Source: Desulfamplus magnetovallimortis (GTDB lineage: Bacteria; Desulfobacterota; Desulfobacteria; Desulfobacterales; Desulfobacteraceae). Taken from it: DNA of 64,000 nucleotides. The stretch lies in NCBI RefSeq assembly GCF_900170035.1, contig NZ_LT828551.1, forward strand, positions 104,163 to 168,162, written 5' to 3'. Under the pieces are notes generated by a model that did not search any database, was not told the origin of the DNA, and saw only the letters and a list, made by a program, of their open reading frames with translations. Numbering within the stretch: position 1 is the stretch's first letter; each line of letters starts with the position of its first letter. Below are positions 1 through 9,837 of the stretch, piece after piece. The translations under genes were made by a program, and so were the position numbers.

Positions 1-1731
1 ATTTTTGAGCCCAAGCCTTCTCAGATTGTCAATGACCACTGCCATATGCCCCACAAACGCAAATACCCGGCCATCAGAGACCTTGAAAAGTCCCTCCTTT
101 ACATCATCCACCTGAACAAGCTCAATTTTTTCATAATTTTTTTTCAAATAGTGATAACTTGTATAACCTCGCCCCACAGCTACTTTTTTACCGTTAAGCT
201 CATCAGTATCCTTAACATAGCCGACATCTGCTCCGGTCACAATAACAAGGGGAAACGAGACATAAGGTTCTGACAGAATAATCTGACGGCCAATTTCATC
301 ATCTAAACCAATTGCCGGAATCATATGGATCTCTTCATCCACATATTTCTGAACCACATCTGACCAGCTTTCACTTTTTTTAAATGAGAAACATAGTCCG
401 GAACGACTTGTAATTACATCAAGATAATCGGCAATAATACCGCTGAACTCCATGCCACCTTCAATATAACTTGAAACAGGCAGAGTCTTACCATCGGCAT
501 CCCCACCATCTATTGTAACAGCCACATCACCTGGAACAGAACTTTGTTCTTGACCAAAACTATCCTTAGAAGTTTCTGCACTTCTTGATACCAAACTATC
601 TCCTAAAGCAGAACCTTCTCCTGAAGCAGAACCCTCTTCTGAAACAGAACCCTCTTCTGAAAAAGAACCTTCTTCTGAAAAAGAACCTTCTTCTGAAACG
701 GCTACATCTTTATCAAGCCCACTCTCTTTCCCTGGGACACTACTGTCAAAAGGGACTTTTTTAACAATTGAAAGGGGTGACCAGTCAACTTCACTGAAAG
801 AGACAGGTTTATGGTTTTTAATAAACTTCTGCTCCATTGGCGTCAAACTGATCACAGGAGGAGCAGAAAGGGTTTTCTCCATCTCCTTCAAGGTATCCGG
901 AGATTCAACAACTATCCATTTTTTTCTAATCGCAAGGTGCTCCTCCTGGGTAATGGATGCAAGGGCCTTGTTCAAAATAGGTACAAGTTCCGGCAGATTC
1001 TTGTTCACAGCCATTGCAAGGGGCTTGACAATGTCAGATGCCTGACCTGCAATTTTAAGATTGGTAATACCGGACATCTGAATGACATATGAGATAGCAG
1101 CCAGATTTGCCACAACAGCCTCAATTTCATGGCGTGACAAAGATAACATGGCATCCTCAAGGGTATTGAAAAGAAGAGGAGTGTAGTTTGTAGTTTCCTT
1201 TATGAAACCGTGATGAGAACTGTTTGCCTGCACCCCAAAAGGTATGCCCTCAAGATCCTCAAGACGCTTGATGGAGTTTGACTCAGTCCGTGTAACAATC
1301 ACCCTTACAAATCTGAGGTATGAATCTGTATAATTCAGATACTGCTTTCGCTCATCTGTAATTCCCACACATGGCAGAATATCAACCATATGTTTTCTGG
1401 CCATTTCTGTTACCTCTTTCCATGTCAGGCCGGTTAAGGGCTTAAGGCGTATTCCAAGACGATTTTCTAATATGGCCATGTAGTCTGCTGCCATTCCACT
1501 GTAGATATCTTTATCGGAAAAAAATTCAAATGGCGCAAATGATGGATCAACACCCAGCCTCAGCACAGGGTGTTCCCTAAGCCACGCTTCTTCTGAATCT
1601 GTAAGGAGCAACTGAAGATCTCTTGAGTGGACAGTAGCGCTATTACACGGAAGTGCCATCAATACAGATATAAACAAAAGCAATAAAATAACCCTGAATG
1701 TGCAGGGTTGTTTTTTATTCAACATTGACAT
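1..1731 (-). CDS. Periplasmic solute-binding (SBP family 3-like) domain protein, partial; start at 1731 (or 1725), C-terminus beyond window start. Contains Ser/Glu-rich tandem repeat.
   Basis: Minus-strand translation from ATG at 1731 gives MSMLNKKQPCTFRVILLLLFISVLMALPC (signal peptide), then ...EEAWLREHPVLRLGVDPSFAPFEFF..., which resembles the periplasmic domains of the 20631-23804 protein. The frame stays open to position 1. It is absent from the ORF track because there is no in-window stop. Confidence 0.6.
   Translation of the reverse strand, partial: MSMLNKKQPCTFRVILLLLFISVLMALPCNSATVHSRDLQLLLTDSEEAWLREHPVLRLGVDPSFAPFEFFSDKDIYSGMAADYMAILENRLGIRLKPLTGLTWKEVTEMARKHMVDILPCVGITDERKQYLNYTDSYLRFVRVIVTRTESNSIKRLEDLEGIPFGVQANSSHHGFIKETTNYTPLLFNTLEDAMLSLSRHEIEAVVANLAAISYVIQMSGITNLKIAGQASDIVKPLAMAVNKNLPELVPILNKALASITQEEHLAIRKKWIVVESPDTLKEMEKTLSAPPVISLTPMEQKFIKNHKPVSFSEVDWSPLSIVKKVPFDSSVPGKESGLDKDVAVSEEGSFSEEGSFSEEGSVSEEGSASGEGSALGDSLVSRSAETSKDSFGQEQSSVPGDVAVTIDGGDADGKTLPVSSYIEGGMEFSGIIADYLDVITSRSGLCFSFKKSESWSDVVQKYVDEEIHMIPAIGLDDEIGRQIILSEPYVSFPLVIVTGADVGYVKDTDELNGKKVAVGRGYTSYHYLKKNYEKIELVQVDDVKEGLFKVSDGRVFAFVGHMAVVIDNLRRLGLKN
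607..698. repeat. Imperfect 18-bp tandem repeat (gaaccYtcttctgaaaMa, about 5 copies) encoding an acidic Ser/Glu-rich linker inside the partial gene
   Basis: Direct reading of sequence 601-700. Confidence 0.8.
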
Positions 1732-1964
1732 TATGTGCTCTTAAATTTTATTTTGTTTATTTTACAAATAAATAACTCTCGCCGACATGCCGGACACAAT
1801 AAAAAAAGCATACTTTGTCAAATCAGCCTGGTCAAGCAGTTTACATAAACAAGGGAAAAAATGTTGCCCAACAACCTTTTTTTATATATTAAAGCTGTAT
1901 GCAAACATTCATAAATCATTCTTTTTCTGTTTTTTCCACCATATTATAAAAAGGATACAGCCAA

Positions 1965-4900
1965 ATGGAAACCAAGAAAACAGTAGCTCTGATGGCCTTA
2001 CTCCTTACAGTGGGGAGCACAGTCTCTTATTACGTAAGCAATACATTCACCAATAGAACATTTGATATTTTAAAGAGTGAAATCAAAACTGTTTCTCCGC
2101 TTTTATATGAACAATATCAAAATGATGTTGCTGATTTTATTTTTACAGCAGGTATTGGAGCAAGTCTATTTATTGCCGTGTTTGTAGGAGTAATGCTGCA
2201 TTATAACAAAATTCTTCGCATAAAAGCACTTCAAGCAGAATCCGAACTTAATGAAAGTCGTAATAGGCTTACCATGGATCTGAATCAACAGGCAAAGGCC
2301 CATGCAGCATTAGAAGCAATAATTGATGCCATTCCGGTTCCCCTTTTTATTACAGATCTTAAAACTGCCAATATCATTCGGGTAAACAAGGCAAATGAGG
2401 AGTTTTCAAAACTTTCAAGGAAAAAACTTGAAAAGATGAACATCAAGGAGTTCTACATTAACCCTGCAGAAGATCGGTCACGTATCCTGCGTGACTTTCT
2501 CTCCGGTCTTCAGATTGAGATGCAGATAAAACGCCTTGGTGACGGAGAGCTGCGCTGGTGTCTTTTCCAGGGGACAATAATTGATTACATGGGACGCAAA
2601 AGCCTTCTTAAAAGCTTTATTGATATCACAGAGCGAAGAAAAACCCAACGTGAGCTGATTGAAAAGCAGCAGTTTCTACAATCCTTTATTGATTACTCAG
2701 GCGCTGTGATTTATGCCAAGGATATTGAAGGGCGATACATACTTGTGAACAGGGACTGGTCATCAATTCTGGGGCTTGGGAAAATGAACCCCATAGGAAT
2801 GACTGATTTCCAGATTTTTGATCACAGCATAGCAGATACCTTCAGAAAAAATGACAAAAAAGTGCTAAAAGCCATGAAACCTGTTTCAACCGAAGAGATT
2901 GTCAATATTTATGGTACCCCCCACTACTACTACTCCACGAAATTTCCTCTTATTGACGCAGATGGCAATGCCTATGCCACCTGCGGAATTTCAACTGATA
3001 TCACAGGTCAGAAACAGGTGGAACAGGATCTCCAGGCAAGGATAAAAGAGCTGGATGAGGTACAGATATCAATGCGCAGCATGATGGAAGATCTTGAAAG
3101 GGAAAAAAAGAAGGCCGAAGCTGCAACCCGCGCAAAAAGTGATTTTCTTGCCAACATGAGCCATGAGATCAGAACCCCCATGAATGCCATAATCGGCATG
3201 TCCCACCTTATTCTCAAAACAGAGCTGACCGCAAAGCAAAACGATTACATCTCAAAAATTGACCACTCTGCTAAGGCTCTTCTTTCCATCATCAACGACA
3301 TTCTTGATTTTTCCAAGATTGAAGCTGGAAAACTTGATATTGAAAAAAACAATTTTTTTCTTGACGATGTATTTACAAACCTTGCCAGCCTTATTTCCGT
3401 AAAAACACACGAAAAAGGGCTGAAGCTTGTTTTTAACATTGAGCATGAAATGCCACTTGGGCTTGTAGGAGATGCCCTTCGACTGGGACAGGTACTTCTC
3501 AATCTTGCAGGAAATGCAGTTAAGTTCACTGAAAAAGGAGAAGTTGTAATCTCTGCAAAACTTCTTGAAAAAAATGAACAGGGAATTGTTGCAAGATTCA
3601 GTGTCCGTGATACAGGGATCGGCCTTACAGAAAATCAGCGTTCAAAACTTTTTCACTCATTCACACAGGCAGATACTTCCACCACACGAACATACGGAGG
3701 TACAGGTCTTGGTCTTGCCATATCCAAAAAACTTGTCGAGCTTATGGGTGGAGAGATCGGGGTGGACTCAATACCCAATGAAGGCAGCACCTTCTGGTTT
3801 AACATTCCTTTTGGCCTTCATGACAGAAAAAGAAACGGCACAAAAACCGGATTTTCAACAATATCAACTTTTAAAACAACTGATCATCCAACAAAAAAGC
3901 CCTTTAACCCTGAAAAGCTTGCTTCAATAAGGGGTGCACGGATTCTGCTTGCAGAAGATAACGAAATTAACCAGCAGGTTGCAAGGGAGATCCTTGAAGG
4001 AGCAGGCTTTTTTGTGGATATTGCCTGCAACGGACAAGAAGCTGTAGATTGTGTCAACAAGACACTGGAACAGTCAAACACGGGTTACGACGCTATTATT
4101 ATGGATATACAGATGCCTGTAATGGATGGAAAGGATGCTGCAAGGGAAATCCTGAAACAGGAGATATTCAAAAAACTTCCCATAATTGCCATGACAGCCC
4201 ATGCAATGGTGGGTGACAGGGAAAAGAGCCTTGAAGCAGGAATGATTGATCATATCACCAAGCCAATTGATCCTTCCGAACTTTTCGCATCACTGCTTCG
4301 CTGGATATCGCCAGGGGAAAGAGAAGTGCCTGAAGGATTTGATCCGGAAAACGATTTCATAAAACCCTCAAATGCTCCGGAAAAAATTATTCCTGACATA
4401 CTCCCCGGAATTGACATTGCCCAGGGACTGCAACGAATCAACGGCAATAAAATGCTCTATCGCAATATGCTTCTTAAGGTAAAAAATGATTATGCAGAGG
4501 CTGCCAAAGATATCCGTAATCTTATGGATGAAGGAAAACATAACGATGCCCGTCGTATTGCCCATACCATAAAAGGTGTTGCCGGCAATCTTGGTGCAAA
4601 GGCTCTTCAAAAGTCAGCAGGTGCTGTTGAAAGCATATTAAGAGATCTCCCAGATTCCAAAGAGTCGCCCAAAGATACAAAAGATTTACTCGAAACCCTT
4701 GCCCAGGATATGGATACCATTCAGCAGGGACTGGCACTTATACCCGAAGATACGTCAGTGCCAGCAGCTTCAGGAGATGTAGAGCCATCTTCACATGAAG
4801 AGCTTGTAAATGGAATTGAAGAGATAATGCCACATCTTTTGAAACGCAAACCTGCACCAAGCAAGGAGTTTTTTGAAAAACTCAGTTCCCTTGGGTGGCC

Positions 4901-5009
4901 ATCTCACCTTGGAGATGATGTGGCAGAGCTTGGGCGATTTATCAGCAAATACAGGTTCAAGGAAGCAATATCTGTTGCAGAAAATATTCAGAAAAAAATT
5001 AACGAATAG
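1965..5009 (+). CDS. Hybrid sensor histidine kinase (2 TM, PAS, PAS, HisKA, HATPase_c, receiver, Hpt)
   Basis: H-box SHEIRTPMNAIIGMSHL; G2 box GGTGLGLAISKKLVELMGGEIGV; receiver LLAEDNEINQQVAREILEGAGF...IMDIQMPVMDG; Hpt-like HTIKGVAGNLGA. Confidence 0.9.
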   Translation: METKKTVALMALLLTVGSTVSYYVSNTFTNRTFDILKSEIKTVSPLLYEQYQNDVADFIFTAGIGASLFIAVFVGVMLHYNKILRIKALQAESELNESRNRLTMDLNQQAKAHAALEAIIDAIPVPLFITDLKTANIIRVNKANEEFSKLSRKKLEKMNIKEFYINPAEDRSRILRDFLSGLQIEMQIKRLGDGELRWCLFQGTIIDYMGRKSLLKSFIDITERRKTQRELIEKQQFLQSFIDYSGAVIYAKDIEGRYILVNRDWSSILGLGKMNPIGMTDFQIFDHSIADTFRKNDKKVLKAMKPVSTEEIVNIYGTPHYYYSTKFPLIDADGNAYATCGISTDITGQKQVEQDLQARIKELDEVQISMRSMMEDLEREKKKAEAATRAKSDFLANMSHEIRTPMNAIIGMSHLILKTELTAKQNDYISKIDHSAKALLSIINDILDFSKIEAGKLDIEKNNFFLDDVFTNLASLISVKTHEKGLKLVFNIEHEMPLGLVGDALRLGQVLLNLAGNAVKFTEKGEVVISAKLLEKNEQGIVARFSVRDTGIGLTENQRSKLFHSFTQADTSTTRTYGGTGLGLAISKKLVELMGGEIGVDSIPNEGSTFWFNIPFGLHDRKRNGTKTGFSTISTFKTTDHPTKKPFNPEKLASIRGARILLAEDNEINQQVAREILEGAGFFVDIACNGQEAVDCVNKTLEQSNTGYDAIIMDIQMPVMDGKDAAREILKQEIFKKLPIIAMTAHAMVGDREKSLEAGMIDHITKPIDPSELFASLLRWISPGEREVPEGFDPENDFIKPSNAPEKIIPDILPGIDIAQGLQRINGNKMLYRNMLLKVKNDYAEAAKDIRNLMDEGKHNDARRIAHTIKGVAGNLGAKALQKSAGAVESILRDLPDSKESPKDTKDLLETLAQDMDTIQQGLALIPEDTSVPAASGDVEPSSHEELVNGIEEIMPHLLKRKPAPSKEFFEKLSSLGWPSHLGDDVAELGRFISKYRFKEAISVAENIQKKINE

Positions 5010-5035
5010 ATAATTACTCAAAAAACCACAACTAT

Positions 5036-5182
5036 GATCTTTTGAGCCTTGTCAATATTGTCTGAATCAGGATACCTATGATTAACAGGATAATGAGGAT
5101 AAAAGCTCATTATGCAAATCCTGAATATCCTGGGCATCCTGATTCAGACAACAAAAATATATACAGAATATTGTCAATGTTG
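5036..5182. repeat. MITE-like palindromic element (family member): perfect 16-bp inverted repeat ttgtctgaatcaggat (5058-5073) / atcctgattcagacaa (5136-5151)
   Basis: The inverted repeat is read directly. Shares ttgtcaataYtgtctgaatcaRgat...gattaacaggataatg with the element at 45148-45385. Lies between convergent gene ends. Confidence 0.55.
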
Positions 5183-5704
5183 CAAAATCCCTTGATAGGC
5201 TCTTAATACCTCAACTATTTGGGGAAATGCCGAACCGCTTGTGCTTTTCCAGAAAAAACCGTTTCGACTTCTTTCTGCCATATCTGAAAAAATATTTCTT
5301 TCAATGTTAATATCTATCACTGTACCCCCTATTGCCATGACTTGAGAGACGATTTGATTGGGAAGATTGGTGGCACCTGTCGTACCGGCAATAATTAGTA
5401 AATCGGTTTTCAAGGCAACATCAAGGGAGCTTTGGAATAGATAATGGTGTTCGTTATATGACTCATCCCAAAGTAGCACATGGGGACGCGTTTGCCTCCC
5501 GCAAACGGGGCATCTCAGGAGTTCCCAATATTTTTCAGGCAACTTTTCTTCTCGTGAAATTATGGGCATTTCTTGAGAAATGGGAATGATATCCTCGCTA
5601 CAAGGGGCTATGCAACGCATATATTCGATGTTTCCGTGAATCTGGTAAGTTCGATCAATGCTGTTTCCTGCTCGGATATGCAATCCATCCACATTTTTTC
5701 CCAT
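5174..5704 (-). pseudogene. SIR2-family NAD-dependent deacylase, N-terminally truncated (Rossmann GAGIS region absent); possibly a remnant
   Basis: Zinc-ribbon CIAPC...CPVCGRQ and the C-terminal Rossmann half IIAGTTGATNLPNQIV are present. The ORF begins immediately at the stop of the upstream gene, with no room for the usual 60-70 aa N-terminal. Confidence 0.5.
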
Positions 5705-6232
5705 TCACTTTTCAGGAACTATCTCATCTTGCAGGGGTTTTTCTTTTTTTGGATCTTTTGTTGAATCAGAGTTAGATTTATCATTGTTTGGCATATTCAT
5801 TTTATCAGATATCCTGCCCATATCACGGATATTTTTCTGTACAGTAATTGCCGCAAACAGACTAAGAATAAAGGACATTGCATAGAATCCCTTTTCGCTT
5901 AATGTAAGAGCCGCGTTCCAAAGCCCTACAGCTAAAAGCAACATTGCGGAGATAACAGAAATCCAGCAAAGTCCATAATATATACCAGTTACAGGTATCC
6001 CCTCAATTTTATCACGAACTGTTTTTTGAAGAGAAACCACAGAGAAAAGGCCATACATCAAAATCACCAAATAATACCCTTTCTCGTTAAGCCCCATCGT
6101 CGCATTCCATAATCCGATCAAATATGCACAAATGCCTGCCAATAGTGCTGTCCAGGACGCTCCAACAAAGGCTCCAGTTGGTTTCTGATATTCCATATTC
6201 ATTGTGTAGTTCTCCTTAACCTCTCGGCTCAT
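5705..6232 (-). CDS. YiaA/YiaB-type inner membrane protein (two repeated 2-helix modules)
   Basis: Two similar hydrophobic repeats ([24 protein letters not shown] / [24 protein letters not shown]); remembered family resemblance. Confidence 0.55.
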   Translation of the reverse strand: MSREVKENYTMNMEYQKPTGAFVGASWTALLAGICAYLIGLWNATMGLNEKGYYLVILMYGLFSVVSLQKTVRDKIEGIPVTGIYYGLCWISVISAMLLLAVGLWNAALTLSEKGFYAMSFILSLFAAITVQKNIRDMGRISDKMNMPNNDKSNSDSTKDPKKEKPLQDEIVPEK

Positions 6233-6487
6233 TTATCGGTTGAATGATTAATTGATCATTGAATTAACGCAATCCATTAGAAAACATTTTTTCCACAAAA
6301 TCTATCAAGCGCACAAGTCTATCTGAGAATCCCCACCGGCGATATGGACAAAATTGATATAGGAATGGCCTTTGGCAAAGATGGAACAAAGGATGAGGCA
6401 GCCATTTATCTGTACTCCCGTCTCTATTACCAGAATACTGATATCCCACTGATTGCCATGGAGTTTCAGGAGAATCTCATGTTCGAT

Positions 6488-6748
6488 TTAATAATGATAT
6501 CTGCATGAAATTACCGTAATATAATGATCATCGACAGCAAAAACCAACCGATTAGTATCGTCAATTCTTCGCGACCAAAAACCAGATAAATTCTCTCTCA
6601 AAGGCTCAGGTTTTCCTATACCTTCAAATGGTTGCTTTATCGTATTATTGATAAGCTTGTTAATGCGTTTGATTGTCTTTTTGTCTTGTGTTTGCCAATA
6701 TAAGTAATCCTTCCAAGCCTCATCAGTCCAGGCCAATTTCCTACTCAT
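6488..6748 (-). CDS. yoeB: YoeB/Txe family type II toxin
   Basis: MSRKLAWTDEAWKDYLYWQ...LVFAVDDHYITVISCRYHY is a typical YoeB sequence. It overlaps the upstream antitoxin by 8 nt. Confidence 0.85.
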   Translation of the reverse strand: MSRKLAWTDEAWKDYLYWQTQDKKTIKRINKLINNTIKQPFEGIGKPEPLRENLSGFWSRRIDDTNRLVFAVDDHYITVISCRYHY

Positions 6749-7007
6749 CTATTAGATCCCTTTCTTGGACTTTCCCATTTTTGAATTGTTCAATTGATTT
6801 TGTTAGATGAGAAGCATTAGCAGGTGATCTAAGCAGATAAAATGTCTCCATAAAACTATTAAAGGTTTCTAACGACATAACAACAGCGTTTTCAGAGCCA
6901 CGACGTGTAATTATTGTGTAATCAGCATCATAAACAACCTGATCCAGCACTGACTTCAGATTGTTTCTTGCTTCGCTAAAATTTATCACTCTCATAATAC
7001 CCTCCAT
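6741..7007 (-). CDS. yefM: YefM/Phd family antitoxin
   Basis: MRVINFSEARNNLKSVLDQV...ITRRG..AVVMSLETFNSFMETFYLL. Confidence 0.85.
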   Translation of the reverse strand: MEGIMRVINFSEARNNLKSVLDQVVYDADYTIITRRGSENAVVMSLETFNSFMETFYLLRSPANASHLTKSIEQFKNGKVQERDLIDE

Positions 7008-7045
7008 AATTGGGCACCCTTCATTTGTCGGTTTCTACTTTTTTG

Positions 7046-7120
7046 AACCATGATTTTCATGATTAAGGGATTACCTTGATTTTTAATCGTGTTAATCCTT
7101 AAATCCTTTAATCATGGTTC
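7046..7120. promoter_or_regulatory. Long imperfect palindrome (gaaccatgatt...aatcatggttc with nested catgattaagggatt / aatcctttaatcatg) directly upstream of yefM-yoeB; candidate autoregulatory operator
   Basis: Seen in sequence; YefM-YoeB complexes are known to bind palindromes in their own promoters. Confidence 0.35.
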
Positions 7121-7349
7121 AGAATTTTTCAAAAAGTGTAAACTAATTTTGAGTTGATATGAAGGATGCCCATAATTGTATTATTTATTGTAAAATACAG
7201 TAATACATACTTTTATACTTGTCCACTATTTTGTACAAGTTTTAGATTATTTTGAAATCGAACACCAATGTTCACCGGTATTTAACCGAGTGGTGAGAAG
7301 AATTTTTAACTCTTATAAAAAAATGGTTGACATAAAAAAATTATATAAG

Positions 7350-7386
7350 TAGATAGACATATATCACATTGATATATGTCTATCTA
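7350..7386. promoter_or_regulatory. Perfect 15-bp inverted repeat tagatagacatatat-N7-atatatgtctatcta, preceded by ttgaca; candidate operator/promoter for the downstream Fe-S gene
   Basis: Read directly from sequence. Confidence 0.35.
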
Positions 7387-7454
7387 AATATAAACCCTCA
7401 TGGCCCAATTCAAAGACCTTCCCGATCATGAAAATCATGAGGGCTATTTTTTTT

Positions 7455-7518
7455 CCGTGGGAATAGATACAAATTTCCATATTCGGGAGTGGCTGAATGT
7501 CGGCCGTGACCGTTTATA
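7455..7518. repeat. Conserved about 65-bp element (copy 1), about 80% identical to 53062-53135
   Basis: ccgtgggaatagatacaaatttccatattcgggagtggctgaatgtcggccgtgaccgtttatac versus ccgtgaaaatggatacaaattttcatattcgggggtggccgaaaatcgtccatgacggtttaccg. Confidence 0.6.
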
Positions 7519-7539
7519 CTAAAAGGATAAGGAGATACA

Positions 7540-8622
7540 ATGACGGCTTCAATATATCATCAACTTCGTGAACAGATGGATCAGTATTCAACAGGTTTTC
7601 CAGCCACAAAATCAGGTGTGGAGTTAAAAATCCTTGAAAAACTTTTTACAGAAGAGGATGCAGAACTCTACCTTGATCTTTCCATGCTTCTGGAATCCGC
7701 CGAAAACTTTGCAGCAAGGACAAATCGCTCCCCGGAAGATGCATCAGCAAAGCTTGAAAACATGGCACAAAGAGGATTGCTCTTTCGTCACGTAAAAAAT
7801 GGAAACAAAAGATACTCTGCAATTCCATTTGTCGTTGGTTCATACGAGTTCCAGCTCGGGCGTATGGACGAAGAGCTGGCAAGGCTTACCAACAGCTACA
7901 TGGAAGAAGCTTTTCTGTCAGGGATGGCCAATAACATACCCCCATTGAGAACAATACCTGTGGGAAAATCTGTGGATGTTGTCCATCAGGTGGCAGCCTA
8001 TGAGGATGCCAAAGCCATCGTAAACGGAAAGAGCAAGATTGCAGTGGCAAACTGCATCTGCCGTACACAACAGAATCTTCTTGACAAGGGTTGTAATAAG
8101 CCAATGGAAGTCTGCCTGTTGTTTGGATCCCATGCAGAATACTATGTTGAGAACAAGATGGGCAGATATATCACAAGTGAAGAGGCATGTAAGATACTGG
8201 ATCAATGCGAGGAAGCCGGACTTGTCAATCAACCGGCCAATATGGTCAATCCCGGCGGTATGTGCAACTGCTGCGGAGACTGCTGTGGCGTACTCAGAGC
8301 CCTGAATCTTCTACCCAACCCGGGTGAACTTGTCTATAATCGCTATTGGGCTGTAATCGACCAGGAAGAGTGTACCGGATGCGAAGCCTGTTTAGACCGC
8401 TGCCAGATGAACGCCATTACAATTGATGATACAGCCAAGATCGATGAGGCAAGGTGCATCGGTTGTGGCCTCTGCGTTACGACATGTCCCATGGATGCAA
8501 TCAAATTAGAAGAGAAACCCAAAGAACTCCAGGTGCCGCCTCCGGCCAGTGGCAAGGAACTCATGGACATTACAGCAGAAAAAAGGGGAACAAATCTTGT
8601 TCCCATCAAGATGCAACAATAA
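7540..8622 (+). CDS. Iron-sulfur protein with C-terminal 2x[4Fe-4S] ferredoxin domain and additional Cys clusters
   Basis: CTGCEACLDRCQMNAI and CIGCGLCVTTCPMDAI ferredoxin motifs; CNCCGDCCG cluster; RBS aaggataaggag. Confidence 0.7.
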   Translation: MTASIYHQLREQMDQYSTGFPATKSGVELKILEKLFTEEDAELYLDLSMLLESAENFAARTNRSPEDASAKLENMAQRGLLFRHVKNGNKRYSAIPFVVGSYEFQLGRMDEELARLTNSYMEEAFLSGMANNIPPLRTIPVGKSVDVVHQVAAYEDAKAIVNGKSKIAVANCICRTQQNLLDKGCNKPMEVCLLFGSHAEYYVENKMGRYITSEEACKILDQCEEAGLVNQPANMVNPGGMCNCCGDCCGVLRALNLLPNPGELVYNRYWAVIDQEECTGCEACLDRCQMNAITIDDTAKIDEARCIGCGLCVTTCPMDAIKLEEKPKELQVPPPASGKELMDITAEKRGTNLVPIKMQQ

Positions 8623-8843
8623 AACTGCCCGGGCTTGATTCTGCTTTTGACACCTTTAAAATTTAACTTAGGAATGAGCACAAAATAACTTTCCCATTTT
8701 GATTAAACGAAGTGGCCGTGAAGACCGCGCGCCCTGATTTAAATGGGCACGTTATTTAAAATTTATTCCTTATCTTGAAACTTTTATGGAGATAATGGCC
8801 GTTTGTCGGCTCTCTTCACAAAAAATGAGCTATATGGCGGCTG

Positions 8844-9413
8844 TTGCAGAGTCAATCCCGAAAATTAAAAAAAATTGAGGATGATATGATTGAAATGATG
8901 CTGATGGGATTTCTCATGGATGGTGAGAAGACCGGATATGAAATAAAAAAATATATGGAAAACAGCACCCACTATTTTTTCAACACCGGCTTCAGCAGCA
9001 TCTATCCAAAACTCAAAAAACTGGAAAAAGAAGAACGTGTGCGGGTAAGCCAGGTTATCAAAAACGGTAAGCTCAACAAACTTTATACACTTACGGATGA
9101 GGGCAAAAAGGCGTTTCTTGAGTGGCTGGAGATAAAGCCAGAAATAGGACGCATACGGGATGAAGCTCTGTTAAAAGTGTTTTTCTTTGATCATCTTGAA
9201 GATGACAAAATAGTTCCCCAGCTTAAAGGATATGTCGGAGATCTTAGTCAACATGTCCAAAACCTTCTATCCATAAAGGAGCGACTATCCACCCGCGAAG
9301 TCGAAGTAGAACCTTGGAAAATGATGACTCTGGAGTTCGGCATCCGGTATTATAATTTTCTGGAACAAATATTCAATGAAATGCTTTTAAAAAACAGTCC
9401 CGACCAAGATTAA
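8844..9413 (+). CDS. PadR family transcriptional regulator (start may be the internal ATG at 8886)
   Basis: MIEMMLMGFLMDGEKTGYEIKKYME...IYPKLKKLEKEERV...KLYTLTDEGKKAF is a PadR winged helix. Confidence 0.8.
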   Translation: MQSQSRKLKKIEDDMIEMMLMGFLMDGEKTGYEIKKYMENSTHYFFNTGFSSIYPKLKKLEKEERVRVSQVIKNGKLNKLYTLTDEGKKAFLEWLEIKPEIGRIRDEALLKVFFFDHLEDDKIVPQLKGYVGDLSQHVQNLLSIKERLSTREVEVEPWKMMTLEFGIRYYNFLEQIFNEMLLKNSPDQD

Positions 9414-9837
9414 TTTAGTTGTCCAATGCCCAAAAATTACCACTGGTAATATAAAAGAATTTATAAAAAAATAACCTATAATTATAGTATTTTATAATAA
9501 AATATCCCAGCCTTTACGGTAATTTAAACTACCATTTTTAAGCAGAAACATATTTAGTTCTTGCATAAACCAACCAAACAAATCCCTTATATATGCCCTT
9601 TATCTGTTCATTTTATGGGATTCTGGCATTTTTTCCATAGCTCCTACGTATGATGGCAGGTTTATTGCGTAATTTCCATGCCATTTCAATTGCGATGTAC
9701 TTGCCACGCATCATTGCGATACACTTGCTGCGCATCATTGCGATACGACAGTATTGACACAGCTCAAAAGTTCATAGGTGTCGGATTTGAGCATTTTTTT
9801 AGTACTAATTCCTTAACCTCTTTGCAAAGGAGCAAAA

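Noticed and set aside
1-40. Window start (atttttgagcccaagccttctcagattgtcaatga) partly resembles the left end of the 5036-5182 element
   Set aside because: The match is short and gapped and lies inside the coding region of the partial gene, so it is not called as a repeat copy.
2000-5000. Numerous 60-120 aa antisense or out-of-frame ORFs inside the large kinase, secA, clpA, PCAT and GGDEF genes
   Set aside because: They are embedded in well-supported long genes, lack RBSs and have a biased composition typical of shadow ORFs.
6264-6449. 61-aa minus-strand ORF and a 45-aa plus-strand frame between yiaAB and yoeB
   Set aside because: No recognisable domain, no RBS; likely intergenic.
7327-7349. 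Sigma-70-like ttgaca ... tatata upstream of the 15-bp palindrome
   Set aside because: Spacer between the hexamers is only 9-11 bp, so it is not claimed as a promoter; the ttgaca may still matter in another register.
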